A stretch of 64,000 nucleotides of DNA, taken from the NCBI RefSeq assembly GCF_036588685.1, contig NC_086374.1, positions 98,394,001 through 98,458,000 of the forward strand, written 5' to 3'. Source of the stretch: Mytilus trossulus (Eukaryota). Made by a program: the position numbers and the translations under genes. The notes under the pieces were generated by a model, which saw only the letters and a program-made list of their open reading frames with translations, searched no databases and was not told where the DNA came from. The first letter of the stretch is position 1. Each line of letters begins with the position of its first letter. Of the stretch, positions 41,358-54,300 are shown one piece after another.

Positions 41358-42476
41358 AAAAAGTAAAATCACAAAAATACTGAACTCAGAGGAAAATCAA
41401 TTTGGAAAGTCCATAATCACATGGCAAAATCAAAAAACAAAACGCATCAAAAACGAATGGACAAGAACTGTCATATTCCTGACTTGGTACAGGCATTTTC
41501 AAATGTAGAAAATGGTGGATTAAACCTGGTTCTATAGCGCTAACCCTCTCACTTTAATAACAGTCTCATCAAATTCCGTTACATTTACATGATGCGTTAA
41601 ATAAACAGTCACAATCAATAAAATAGTCAAAATATGGGAACATCAGTCATCATCGTATAACAATTTAACAGGACACAACAACATCTACTATCTACGAACA
41701 CATGGATTGATTTGAGTGTCTGACGTCAGAAAAATTATATACGTCACATAAATTTGTCGTTCAATGTGCATACAATAGTTATCCAAAGTACCTGGATTAT
41801 AAACAATTTTAAATTTTTCATAGGCAATGAGCGCAGACAGGGTTAAAAAATCAAAAGTATGTAAGAATAAATCACAGAAATCAAACTAGTCCAAAAGTTA
41901 TACATAGAATTTATGAGAATCCAAAACTTTTAAAAGGAACAATTTAACAGGACACAAAAACCTATCCACGAACACATGGATCTACTTGAGTGTCCGACGT
42001 CAGAAAAATTATATAAGTCACATAAATTTGTCGTTCAATGTGCATACAATAGTTATCCAAAGTACCTGGATTATAAACAATTTTAAATTTTACATAGGCA
42101 ATGAGCGCAGACAGGGTTAAAAAATCAAAAGTATGTAAGAATAAATTACAGAAATCAAACTAGTCCAAAAGTTATACATAGAATTTATGAGAATCCAAAA
42201 CTTTTAAAAGGAACAATTTAACAGGACACAAAAACCTATCCACGAACACATGGATCTACTTGAGTGTCCGACGTCAGAAAAATTATATACGTCACATAAA
42301 TTTGTCGTTCAATGTGCATACAAACAATTTTAAAATTTACATAGGCAATGTACGCATACAGGGTTAAAAAATCAAAAGTATGTAAGAATAAATTACAGAA
42401 ATAGACCGAGATTCAAACTAGTCCAAAAATTATACATAGAATATATGAGAATCCAAAACCTTTTAAAGGGAACAAT
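41358..42476. mobile_element. Dispersed repeat inserted in the satellite, with an internal ~275-bp triplication; second copy at 45120-45470
   Basis: AGTAAAATCACAAAAATACTGAACTCAGAGGAAAATC..GACTTGGTACAGGCATTTTCAAATGTAGAAAATGGTGGATTAAACCTGG is shared with 45120-45470 and partly, inverted, with ~47065-47130. Confidence 0.75.
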
Positions 42477-45400
42477 TGTTTTTGTATTTGGATAACAAAT
42501 TGACCATAACAAACAGCATTAGTCAAACCAGAAAGACATAGGGTAACAATAAGGGTTAGGGTTACATTAGAATTTACAAATAGAGGGCTACAATAGGAAT
42601 TGCCTTAGCAAAACAAATTGACAACAAGAAATATCTTAAGTCAAAACACAAACACTCAGCGTTACAATTAGGGTTAGGGTAATGGTTGGGCTTAAATCTA
42701 AATGTACAAATAAGATTATTTGTTTGAGGGCAACAATAGGGTTTGCCTTCGGATAGCAAATCGACAAGAAGAAATATCTTAAATCAAAACAGAAAGACTC
42801 GGCGTTAAAATTAAAATTTACAAATAGGATTAAATTGAGTGAGGGCTATACTAGGAATTGCCTTATGTTAACAAATTGACAATATCAAACAGCATAAGTC
42901 AAACCAGAAACACTCAGCCTTACAATTCGGGTTAGGGTTAACGTTGGGCTTAAATTAAAATGTACAAATATGATTAAATTTAGTGAGGGCCACAATAGGG
43001 TTTGCCTTAGGAAAGCAAATTGACAACAAGAAATATTTTAAGTCAAAACATAAACACTATAAGCATTATAATTAGGGTTATGGCTAGGTTTAGGGTAAGG
43101 GTTCGAGTGAAGGTTAAATTATAATTCACAAATAGGATTGAATTGAGCGAGGGCTACAACAGGGATTGCCTTAGGATAGCAAATTGACAACAAGAAATAT
43201 TTTAAGTCAAAACATATAAACACTATAAGCATTATGATTAGGGTTATGGATAGGTTTAGGGTAAGGGTTCGAGTTAAGGTTAAGGTTAAATTATAATTCA
43301 CAAATAGGATTGAATTGAGCGAGGGCTACAACAGAGTTTGCCTTAGGATAGCAAATTGACAACAAGAAACATCATAAGTCATAACAGAAACACTTAGCAT
43401 TACAGTTAAGGTTTTTGGCTTGGGTTAGGGTTTACGTTGGGCTTAAATTCAAATGTACAAATAGGATTAAATTGAGTGAGGGCTCCATTAGGATTTGCCT
43501 TAGGAAAACAAATTGACATAAAAAAATATCTTAAATCAAAACATAAACACTCATCATTTCAACTAGGGTTATGGCTATGCCTATGGTAAGGTTTAAATTA
43601 GAAATCACGAAAATTATTTAATTGAGTCAGGGCTACAATAGGGTTATGGCTAGGGTTAGGGTTATATTCAAATTTACAAATAAGATTAAATTGAGTAAGG
43701 GCTATAATAGGGTTTGCCTTAGAATAGCAAATTGACAACAATAAACATCATAAGTTAAAACAGAAAAAACTCAGAGTTACAATTAGGGTTATAGCTAGGG
43801 TTAACTTAGTGTTAGGGTTACATTAGAATTTACAAATAGAATTTGATTGATCGAGGACTACAATAGGGATTGCACTAGCAAAATAAATTGACAACAAGAA
43901 GTATCTTAAGTCAAAACAATAACACTCAGCGTTACAATTAGGATTAAATGTAGGGTTAGGGTTAAATTAGAATTTACGAATAGGATTAAAGTGACTGAGG
44001 GCAACAATAGGGGTTGCCTTACAATAGCAAATTGACAACAACAAACATCATAACTCAAAACAGAAGCAATCAGCATTACAATTAGTGTTATAGCTAGGGT
44101 TAACTTAGGGTTAGGGTTACATTAGAATTTACAAATAGAATTTGATTGATCGAGGACTACAATAGGGATTGCATTAGCAAAAAAAATTGACAACAAGAAG
44201 TATCTTAAGTCAAAACAATAACACTCAGCGTTACAATTAGGGTAAGGGCTAGGGTTAGGGTTAGGGTTATATTAAAATTTACAAATAGGATTGAATTGAG
44301 TGAGGACTATAAATAGCGTTTACCATAGGATAACAAATTGACAACAAGAAATATCTTAAATCAAAACATAAACACTCAGCATTACAATTAGATTTATAGT
44401 TATGGTTAGGGTTAGGGTTAAATTTAAATTTACAAATAGGATTGAATTGAATGAGGTCTATAATAGGGTTTGCCATAGGATAACAAATTGACAACAACAA
44501 ACATCATAAGTAAAAACAGAAACACTCAGCGTTACAATGATGGTTATGGCTAGTGTTAGGCTTGGGGTTATACAATTAGAATTTACGAAAAGGATTAAAT
44601 TGAACGAGGGCTACACTGGGGTTTGCTTAAGGATAACAAACTGACAACAAGAAATATATTAAGTTCAAACATAAACACTCAGCCTTACACTTAGGGTTAT
44701 GGCTAGGGTTAGGGTTAGGGTTAAATTAGAATTTACAAAAAGGATTGCATTCGGTGAAGGCTACAATAGGAATTGCCTTATGTTAACAAATTGACAACAA
44801 CAAACATCATAAGTCAAAACAGACACACTCAGCCTTACAATTCGGGTAACGGCTAAGGTTAGGGGTAGGGTTAGGGTTTGGCTTAAATGGAATGTACAAA
44901 TAAGATTAAATTGATTGGGGACTACAATAGGGTTTGCCTTAGGGTAGCAAAATGACAAATATTTTTAGTCAAAACATAAACGCTCAGCATTACAATTAAA
45001 GTTATGGCTAGGGTTAGGGTAAGTGTTAGGGTTATGTTAGGGTTAGGATTAGGGTTAAAAAAGAACTTACGAATAGGATTTAATTGATTGAGGGCTTCGA
45101 TAGGGTTCGCCTTAGGAAATAGTAAAATCACAAAAATACTGAACTCAGAGGAAAATCAATACGGAAAGTCCATAATCACATGGCAAAATCAAATAACAAA
45201 ACGCATCAAAAACTAATAGACAAGAACTGTCATATTCCTGACTTGGTACAGGCATTTTCAAATGTAGAAAATGGTGGATTAAACCTGGTTCTATAGCGCT
45301 AACCCTCTCTCTTTAATAACAGTCGCATCAAATTCCGTTATATTTACATGATACGTTAAATAAACAGTCACAATTAATAAAATAGTCAAAATATGGGTAC

Positions 45401-48097
45401 ATCAGTCATCAATTTTAAAGGGGACAATTTAACAGAACACAAAACATCTATCTACGAACACATGGATTGACTAGGATATTAAATTGACACCAAAAAATAG
45501 CTTAAGTCAAAACATAAACACTCAGCATTACAATTAGGGTTATGGTTAAGGTTAGTGTGAGGGTTATGGTTATGGTTAGGGTTTGGGTTAAATTAGAATT
45601 TATAAATATCACTTAATTGAGTTAGGGCTACAATAGGGTTTGCATAAGGATAACAACTTTACAACAACAAATATCATAAATCAAAACATAAACTCTCAGC
45701 ATTTAATAAATACAAATAGAGATATAGTTATGGCTAGGGTTAGGGTTAGGGTTAGGGTTACATTAGAATTTACGATTAGGATTTAATTGAGTCTGGGTAA
45801 CAATAGGATTTGCCTTAGAATAGCAAATTGACAGCAAGAAATATCTTAAGTCAAAACATAAAAACTCAGCATTAAAATTAGGGTTATGGCTAGGGTAGGG
45901 TTATGGTTAGGGTTAAATTAAAATTTACAAATAGGATTGAATTGAATGAGGTCTATAATAGGGTTTGCCATAGGATAACAAATTGACAACAACAAACATC
46001 ATAAGTAAAAACAGAAACACTCAGCGTTACAATTAGGGTTATGGCTAGGGTAAGGGTTAGGTTTAAATTACATTTGACAAATAGTATTGAATTCAGTGAT
46101 GTCTACAATAAGGTTTGCATTAGGATAACTAATTGACAACAAGAAATATCTTAAGTCAAAACATAAACACTCAGCGTTACAATTAGGATTATGGCTAGGG
46201 TTATGATTATTGTTAGAGTTAGGGTTAACTAATAGGATTTTATGGGCGAGGGCTATAATATATTCATAAACCTCATTTAACTCGAACCATAACGCTAGCT
46301 ATTACCCAAATCATAATGCTGGATGTTTATGTAATGAATGTTACCATAACTCGATTTTTTTTGTGGCTCCAATAAATGTTTATCCAATTTGTAAATCAAA
46401 TTTTTTCCCAAACACCAACCCTATCCATAACTTTATTGTAATGCTGAGTGTTTATGTTATGACATGGGCTGTTCGAATATTACAATTCACTACCCTATAA
46501 GACAAACCCTATTTTCGCCCTCAATCAATTTTAATCTGATTTGTAAATTTGATTTCAACTCTTACCCTAATCATTACCCTAGCTGTAGCAATCGTTGAAA
46601 TATATAATCTTAAATCAATCCTAATTCTATCTTATTCATCCTAATGTGACGTAATTTTAAATTTTTTGATGATCTGTTTTACAGATTTAAATGACGGATT
46701 TTTTTCGTCATTTTTTCGTCATTTTTTGCAGTTTCAAGTGTGACGTCACTTGACGTTGAGGTTTAAACTTATTCGGATGTGTCTACTTTTGTGTTTCAAA
46801 TTTCTGGTTATGTAATATATTTCAGTTGTTTCCTGTAATTAGTTAATACTTCAGTTCATCTTTTGTATAGTCATTTTATAAAATTTACTGTTTGCAAAAG
46901 TATAAATTATTCTAAATAATAGTGATGTTCTTGTAACTAACAGAAACCCTTGCCGTTTTCGGCACAACTTTTTTGATCTTTTGGTCATCGATGCTGTCCA
47001 ACTTTGTACTTGTTTCGGCTTTCAAACTTTTGTATCTGGGCGTCACTAGGTTCTGTGTGGACAACCAGGTTCAATCCACCATTTTTTTCCTTTAAAAATG
47101 CCCTGTACCAAGTCATGAATATGGCCATTGTTATATTATAGTTCGTTTCTGTGTGTATTACATTTTAACGTTGTGTCGTTTGTTTTCTCTTATTTTTTAG
47201 TGTAAATTCACATTGCGATAAGACGTGTCACGTTACTTGTCTATTCCAAATTCATGTATTTGGTTTTGATTTTATATTTGTTATATTTGTTATTCTCTTG
47301 GAAATTTGTCTGATGCTCGGTCCGTTTCTGTGTGTGTTACATTTTAGTGTTTTGTCGTTGTTCTCCTCTTATATTTAATGAGTTTCCCTCGATTTTAGTT
47401 TGTTACCCCGATTTTGTTTCTTGTTCATGGATTTATGAGTTTTGAACAGCGGTATACTACTGTTGTCTTTATTTAGTGATAAAACATCAAGGAATTCTAT
47501 AAATTCCTATAGTCAAAGATTTATTTTCTCATGTATATTTTTGTTTTGCAGTATTATGTAACAGCTATAGCAAAGATAGCTAGCTTCCTGTAAAATTTAC
47601 CTTGCTTTCCATATCATGTGCCATTTTTTTTCTATGTGAAAGTTTGTAGCTGGAGCGTGTTAGAGTTAGGCAAGGGTGTTTTGGTTGTTTGTTTTACATC
47701 ATACTGTTTAGCTAGGCTATGGTGTGTTTGTTCACCAGTAAAACTGGTTTAACAAAACCACCTTATGTGCCATCACCAAGTTAGACTATTTTGAACTATA
47801 TATGGTTACTTTTTCGTATGTATATATTCTGTTAGGAGTTACTTGTTGGTTAGTCTGTAGTACTGTTCTATTTTTCTTGTAATTAATAAATTTGATTTTC
47901 ATTACATGATCAGTATTTCAAACACTGGAATCTAAAAGCAGTAAGAGTCTGTTTATCACAAAGGTTGTGATTCTTCAATTTAATTTCAACCTGAATAAGG
48001 AGACATTGTTTCTATTGATTATAGTAACATTTTTCAAGATATATGATACACTGCTAGTATTGTGGCCTATTGCAATCTAAATATGCAGTACTTCTAT

Positions 48098-48262
48098 CAA
48101 AATAGTATAATGTGGATTTATTAAAATTCGTGGGATGAATCACAAATTTGTTATTAGTTGTATACAAACTTTGACAAAACCACGAAATCAAATATCCACG
48201 AAAATGAAAGATTTCCTCAATCCACGAAAATTGATACCCACAAAATGAAATGAAACCACAGT
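48098..48262. mobile_element. Tc1/mariner-type MITE remnant
   Basis: TGTGGATTTATTAAAATTCGTGG / CCCACAAAATGAAATGAAACCACAG|TA inverted ends with internal CCACGAAA repeats. Confidence 0.5.
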
Positions 48263-50930
48263 AAGTATATTCCATAGCGTTATTTTTCTACAAAAGGTTG
48301 GTTTTTCTCCATTTACTTCTGCATGTCCAACCAAAAGAATTACCGCAGTGATATACCTATGAGTGCTGAAAGTAACTAAAACACAAATAATTAGGTATTC
48401 AATCAATCCATATTGTTAGGACAATATTTTAAGCTTGCCCAAAATATCATATAAAACACTAATACAAATATCGTCTATATTATTTATTAGTGTATTCCAT
48501 CACAGAAAAGTCATATTTAGATATGGTACAACAACAAAAACAAATAACAAAGATAAAAGCACTATTTACAAGATAAACTTTACTGCTGTGAAGTGTTCAT
48601 TTAGCCATACAAGTAAAGCACTATTTAAAAAATTGACATAAATCTTGCAAAGTTTTCAATTGGCAAAAAGTGCAGACACTATTTTTTTTTCTAGCTTTGC
48701 ATTTAAAAAAAATATATAAAGTAATGAAAGCATTAATGTTTACAGTCTATTCAGAGCTTTATTTGTTTATATACTATCTGGTGAAATCAGGCATACTATC
48801 TATCAGGTTACTGTTGGTCAAATTTTGTAACCTGAATTTGGTTGGCCAATACAATGAAAGAATTTTTAAACTTTTATAATACAATGCTGGCCTTTGATAA
48901 GGCTGAATTATAACTCTGTCCATTTAAGGGTAATTCAAAAATTTCATGGACTTATCTGACAGAAGAAATTACTGGACTATATATCTTTATTTATCATTCA
49001 ATGCTATATGATCCTATATTGCATTTTGGTGATTTTTTTTTTTCTGCAAAAGACTTATCCACGAATATTGTAAAAGATGAACTAGTTCAATTGACACTGT
49101 TTGCCACTGATCGCCCAAGGACTAGTTTAAGTATTTTCCAAAATTTATTTAGAAATTAAGAACATGTTCCAAATATTGGTCTTTGGACTAGAAGTTGCAG
49201 AAGATTTTGATGCAGTTTGCTACTTAAAAGAACATAATTTTAACTTCACATATCAGTTGATGACAAAATAACACAATTATAGAAAAACAATCAAAATAAA
49301 CTGTAAACTGGACAAAAAAAACATAAACATAAAATCACACTTATTATCACAACTTAAAATATGAAAAAAAATCAAAAATTATCATTAAGTTGTAAAAAGA
49401 AGTAATATATGGGAAAAAACAAAACTAAGAAACTATATGTATATACATTAATTAAAGGTATCTCAAAACATGGAACGTAGCATGTAAGGGCTTTTTTCAT
49501 CTACTGTTAATGAAGATAAACCAACCCGTTCCAAACATAAACCATTCACTCAGATATGTCTTGTCTGAGTAACATTATCACAAACTTAAACTGGGCAACA
49601 CCACGAAACCTAACACCCAAGTATCTCTTCTGCAATTATTGGTGCCAGAAAGGCATACATGAAACAGTGAATGTTCCAAAGACGAAATCAATACAAAAAA
49701 ATAATGATAATACATCATGACTATCCATATAGAAATAACAGAATATTGAAAAATATAATTTAAACTATGAGACATTCAATGTAAGGAAAGAAGGGGAAAG
49801 CTCTATAGCATGAGTATATACTTGGTTAGTATAAAATATAAATCAGAAAAAGTTTTCATCTTTGAAATTACCGGGTAAATCAAAATTTATCACAATGGTC
49901 CAACACATACTACTAGTATGATACTAGAATAGGAACTTTATCTTGGGTACACCTAGCGGACTAGGTATTCATTCAACATTAATGTGATTATACTATAAGA
50001 AAACTTTTTTTCAACAATAAAAAAGAATTTTTATAAAAGTAAAATCTATCTAATTTGTAACCCTTTCAGATTGAAAAAAATGTCTTGATTCATAATGTGA
50101 TCATTTCCTACATGTTGAATATAAAAACGGAATAGAGAACAGAGAAGAAAACAACTAAAGGTTTACACAGTATGTCTTCGTTCATTTTGAGAACTTTTTT
50201 AATTAGATAAATTTTTTAGTCCTTCATGTATTTCTGTATTCTCAATCAATATATAGTTGTTTCAAATATAAACTTTTCAAATATATTTTTTTAAATAAAA
50301 TCATTTTAACTAATGTTAAACAAAATATGTCCAAAACCATTACTGTTCAATAATGAGAATGAAAAGATGTGAAAACACTTCAAATAATCATAACAAAAAT
50401 TTTAACAGCAGAAAAAAATAAATGTTATACCATACATTAATGTGATTTGCAATTTTTGTGACATTCAGTTACAATAAAAATATGTCTTATCAGATGGCCC
50501 TTTAAATCATACAATTTGGTCCTTGAAAGACTAACATATATATTGTGGGTTAAAAAAAGTTTGGTTTTGTATACAAATCATTCTTTAGTTACTAGGGACT
50601 ACATAATTTTAAATCAAATTGAGAAAAGATTAATTTTTTAAAAGTTTGAAATATACCCCTGATATTAAACTACGAAGTATCCACCAGAGCCCAAAAGCAA
50701 CTATATATATAACTTCATGGCCACGCTGATGTATCAACAAAACAAAATGTTTTACTGGTTAAAGAATAACTTCAAAATTAGTGTAACAAGCATTAATTTA
50801 CAAATAAGCACATCTTTTACATTACATTGATCAAAAGAAAGTAAATTCACTTTTCTCTTTTTCTGTACCATAACCAGAGTTGTCAATACTGTCAAGACTA
50901 AAAATCATATTAAATAACCACAACAACAAA

Positions 50931-51250
50931 CAAAATATTCATTGGTAACTTATGTGTACAAGATTTTCTTTAAATAGTTTCCCATGGTACAAGATACAAA
51001 TAGGAAACAAATTATTCATTGTCAATTTATGTGTACAAGATTTTCTTTTAAATAGTTTCCTATGTGAACAAATTACAAACAGGAACAAATAAAATTTTCA
51101 TTGTAAATTTGTGTGTACAAGATTTTCTTTTAAATAATTTCCCATGTGTACAAGATAGCACAATGAAAATAAATGTTCATTGTAAATTTATGTGTACTTT
51201 GTAAATTTATGTGTATAAGATTTTCTTTTAAATATTTTCCCATGTGAACA
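50931..51250. repeat. ~78-bp tandem repeat (about 4 copies) just downstream of the TAX1BP1-like stop codon (probable 3'UTR)
   Basis: TTCATTG..ATTTATGTGTACAAGATTTTCTTTAAATAGTTTCCCATG units at ~50932, 51009, 51091, 51170. Confidence 0.8.
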
Positions 51251-51349
51251 TGATCATCTTTCAAGTAAAATTCAATGTTTTCATGTTTTTACATTAATAA
51301 CATAATAACATAATCAGATATTTTCGAAACTTAAATAGTCTTCAACAAT

Positions 51350-54300
51350 TTAGTCGAATTCTATTGGCTCTTTGGGATCTGGAATGTCACAACTGTTTTT
51401 AGAATCCAGATGTTGGTTGACATGTCGTTGGAATTCTTCATCTGTGCAATTTTCAACAATATTGTAACACAACGGACATATTCTACCAACGTGACCAATA
51501 ACATGCTCCTCAAAATTGGCGTCACTGACATCAGCCGAAAAAGTACTGGAACACACTGGACAAATCTTCATCCCTTCACCAGGAGCATCAACAAATCTGT
51601 AAACAACGAAAAATAATGTGCTTCATAATTATAAATTAAAATTGTAATGCCATTTTGTCACGTTCGCGGATTGATTCTACAATGAATTATTCTAGAGTCA
51701 TAGGTTCTTTGTGTGTACAATATGTTTAGTATAAAAGGATATTTTATGGTGTAATTTTTTTTAGTATTGTTGTATATTTCTACTGTTTAACATTTGTTTT
51801 GAACAGGCATGAAATATATGCCACTGGACATAAAGCAATTAACAATCAATCAATCCTATTCATCACAGCCTGAAACAAATATGTTCATCTGCTCTTTAAA
51901 ATGCTAGGTAGTCTTGAATGATTTTTTTAAGTTTCTTGTGTATAATTCTGTGTTTATAACATACCCGCAGCCAGGAGGGGGGGGGGTCAGACGACCACCC
52001 CCCTGAAACCAAACAAGCACTGTTAAAGTCAACCTTCTGTTCAAATTGTGACTGTTAAAGTCGGGTTTATGAGTCTAAATAACCCCCTCTTGGAAATGCC
52101 TGGCTACAGGCCTGTATTATGACATCCATTATCACTGAACTTATATGCATATTTGTTTAGGGGCCAGCTAGAGGACTCCTTCAAGTGCATGAGTTTCTCT
52201 CTGCATTGAAGACCCATTTGTGGCCTTTAGGGTGTTGTCTGCTCTATGGTTGGGTTGTTGTCTCTTTGACACATTCCCCATTTCCATTTTTTCAATTTTA
52301 TTAACTAGTTAGCTTGGCATTCAACAAGGATAGTCATCTTGGGAATGTTGGCTATACTACAACTAACTGTTATGATATTAAACTCACTCCGATGACATCA
52401 AATAGTAACACACCTATTACAGATCATTGAAAAAGAAGGATAAAATTTGCTAACACATCAACTATAAATTATCACAGACTCAGATTTCACCACTGAATCT
52501 GGTGCAATACAATATTTTTCTTATTTTAACTGTGAACTAATTTTAAATATTAAATGAACATGTGCAAGATAAAATTGAGAAAGGCAATGGGGAATGTGTC
52601 AAAGCGACAACAACCAGACAATAGAGCAGACAACAGAACCTATAAATAACCCAATAGTGTAAATACTGTTCCTACCTTTCTTCTTTCATGTCCTGCATGG
52701 GTGGTGCTGATGGTATACTGTTTCCTCCTTCTGCTGTAAAATAATCACCACAAATATTGTTATATTACCGGAGAAAATTATCCAATTTTGTGACTGGAAA
52801 AATTATGCGAATTTGGTTTGGTGATATTGAATTATGATTATTTTCTTTCCTTGATTGAAACATGACAAAGAACATAAATTTCCTTTGATATATTTGTCAT
52901 TCCCCTCAATGTATTTTTAAATTGTCATCTCATGTGTATGAATTCCATATTCATTCTTTTTTCCAAAACATTACAAAAAGAAGATTTCTATATTTTTTTG
53001 ATAACAATTCTGTTGCAAGCAAAATAATTCTGTCTTACATTCTTAAAATAAAGCCTGAAATGCAACACACATGCTGGGATAAGTATACAACATTCCTGAT
53101 TGTGTCTGGCTTGCTTTCTAACATATCACTTAAAATCCAAAGTTGCACACCAGTCAAATTTCATTCATTACCCATTGTTTTTAAAGTCACTTATTTCATG
53201 AAATATATTTTTTCATTTTCATGTATGAACTGTAAAGGAATTTTTACTAGTATGAAATAATCCAGCTACATGTGTCTTATACCAATATAATCCTATCAAT
53301 AAACTCATGTAATTCACAAAATGTGTGTTTATGACACATGTTAATCACCATTCTTTTTTTTAAAGATAAAACAAGAATGTGTTTATAGTACATGGATGCC
53401 CAATTGCACTATCATTTTCTATGTTTAGTGGACCCTGAAATTTGGGTCAAAACTCTACTTTGGTATGAAAATTATAAATATCATATCACAAGAATAAGAA
53501 TAAGAATAAGAATTTTATTAGTTTGAAATCCAAACAATAGGATTGTTACTAAAATACACAACAAAAAGACAAACAAACAGGCATATTAAAATTACAAAAC
53601 GATAGTCAATAAACAGTTACACTACAAACATGTAGCATTGAAAGAAAAACAAAAACATAGATCAATAGTATTAATTATAATACTATTTTTGACAGCATGC
53701 CTCCTCTTTAAAGTTATGTATTAAAATATTATGCTTATGTATCAAAAAATATGTTATAATATACATTACACAGTTCATATATTGACATTATAATTGTTTC
53801 TCTCATTATACATTTCACTTATGTAGTTAACAATGATAAGTAAAATATCACATTCTTCGCAGGAAAATATAAAATCAAATTTATTTTCTTCACTCATGGA
53901 ATTAAAACAGGGGACAATATTAGAAATTTCATTAAACATTTTGATCCTAGTTTTATTAATTTCTGGAACATGTGTACTAAGTTTCAAGTTAATTGGACTT
54001 CAAATTCATCAATAACTACCTTGACCAAAAACTTAATCCTGAAGTGGGACAGACAGGTGGACAAATGAATGGACGGACAAACGAACAAACAGACTTACAG
54101 ATGCACAGACCAACATAATGACATATTTACTGCTTCTATAGAAAATAAGAATTCAAACAAAATGTTGAAGAATAAATTAAAATAGCCTTTTGTTGTGCTT
54201 TATATACCAGAATTTGTTATTTGAAAAAAGATTTATCTATTGTAAGTTACCTTTTGTTTCCAAGACACACAAATAGGATATACAATTACATTTTACATAC

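Larger units (their letters stand above)
39490..46590 (+). repeat. ~145-160-bp satellite with embedded (TTAGGG)n, interrupted by three insertions and ending in inverted units
   Basis: Consensus AAATTGACAACAAGAAATATCTTAAGTCAAAACACAAACACTCAGCATTACAATTAGGGTTATGGCTAGGG(TTAGGG)nTTAAATTAGAATTTACAAATAGGATTAAATTGAGTGAGGGCTACAATAGGGTTTGCCTTAGGATAGC; 46265-46590 is the reverse complement. Confidence 0.93.

Noticed and set aside
40363-45131. Several similar minus-strand ORFs (ICYPKANP..NPNPN)
   Set aside because: Translations of satellite monomers containing CCCTAA.
39490-46260. True telomere or chromosome end
   Set aside because: TTAGGG runs are short and embedded in a longer monomer, and intact genes lie on both sides.
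46990-47065. Second hammerhead (also remnants near 3860 and 8000)
   Set aside because: Flanks resemble Penelope-type repeats, but the CUGANGA/GAAA cores are mutated or deleted.
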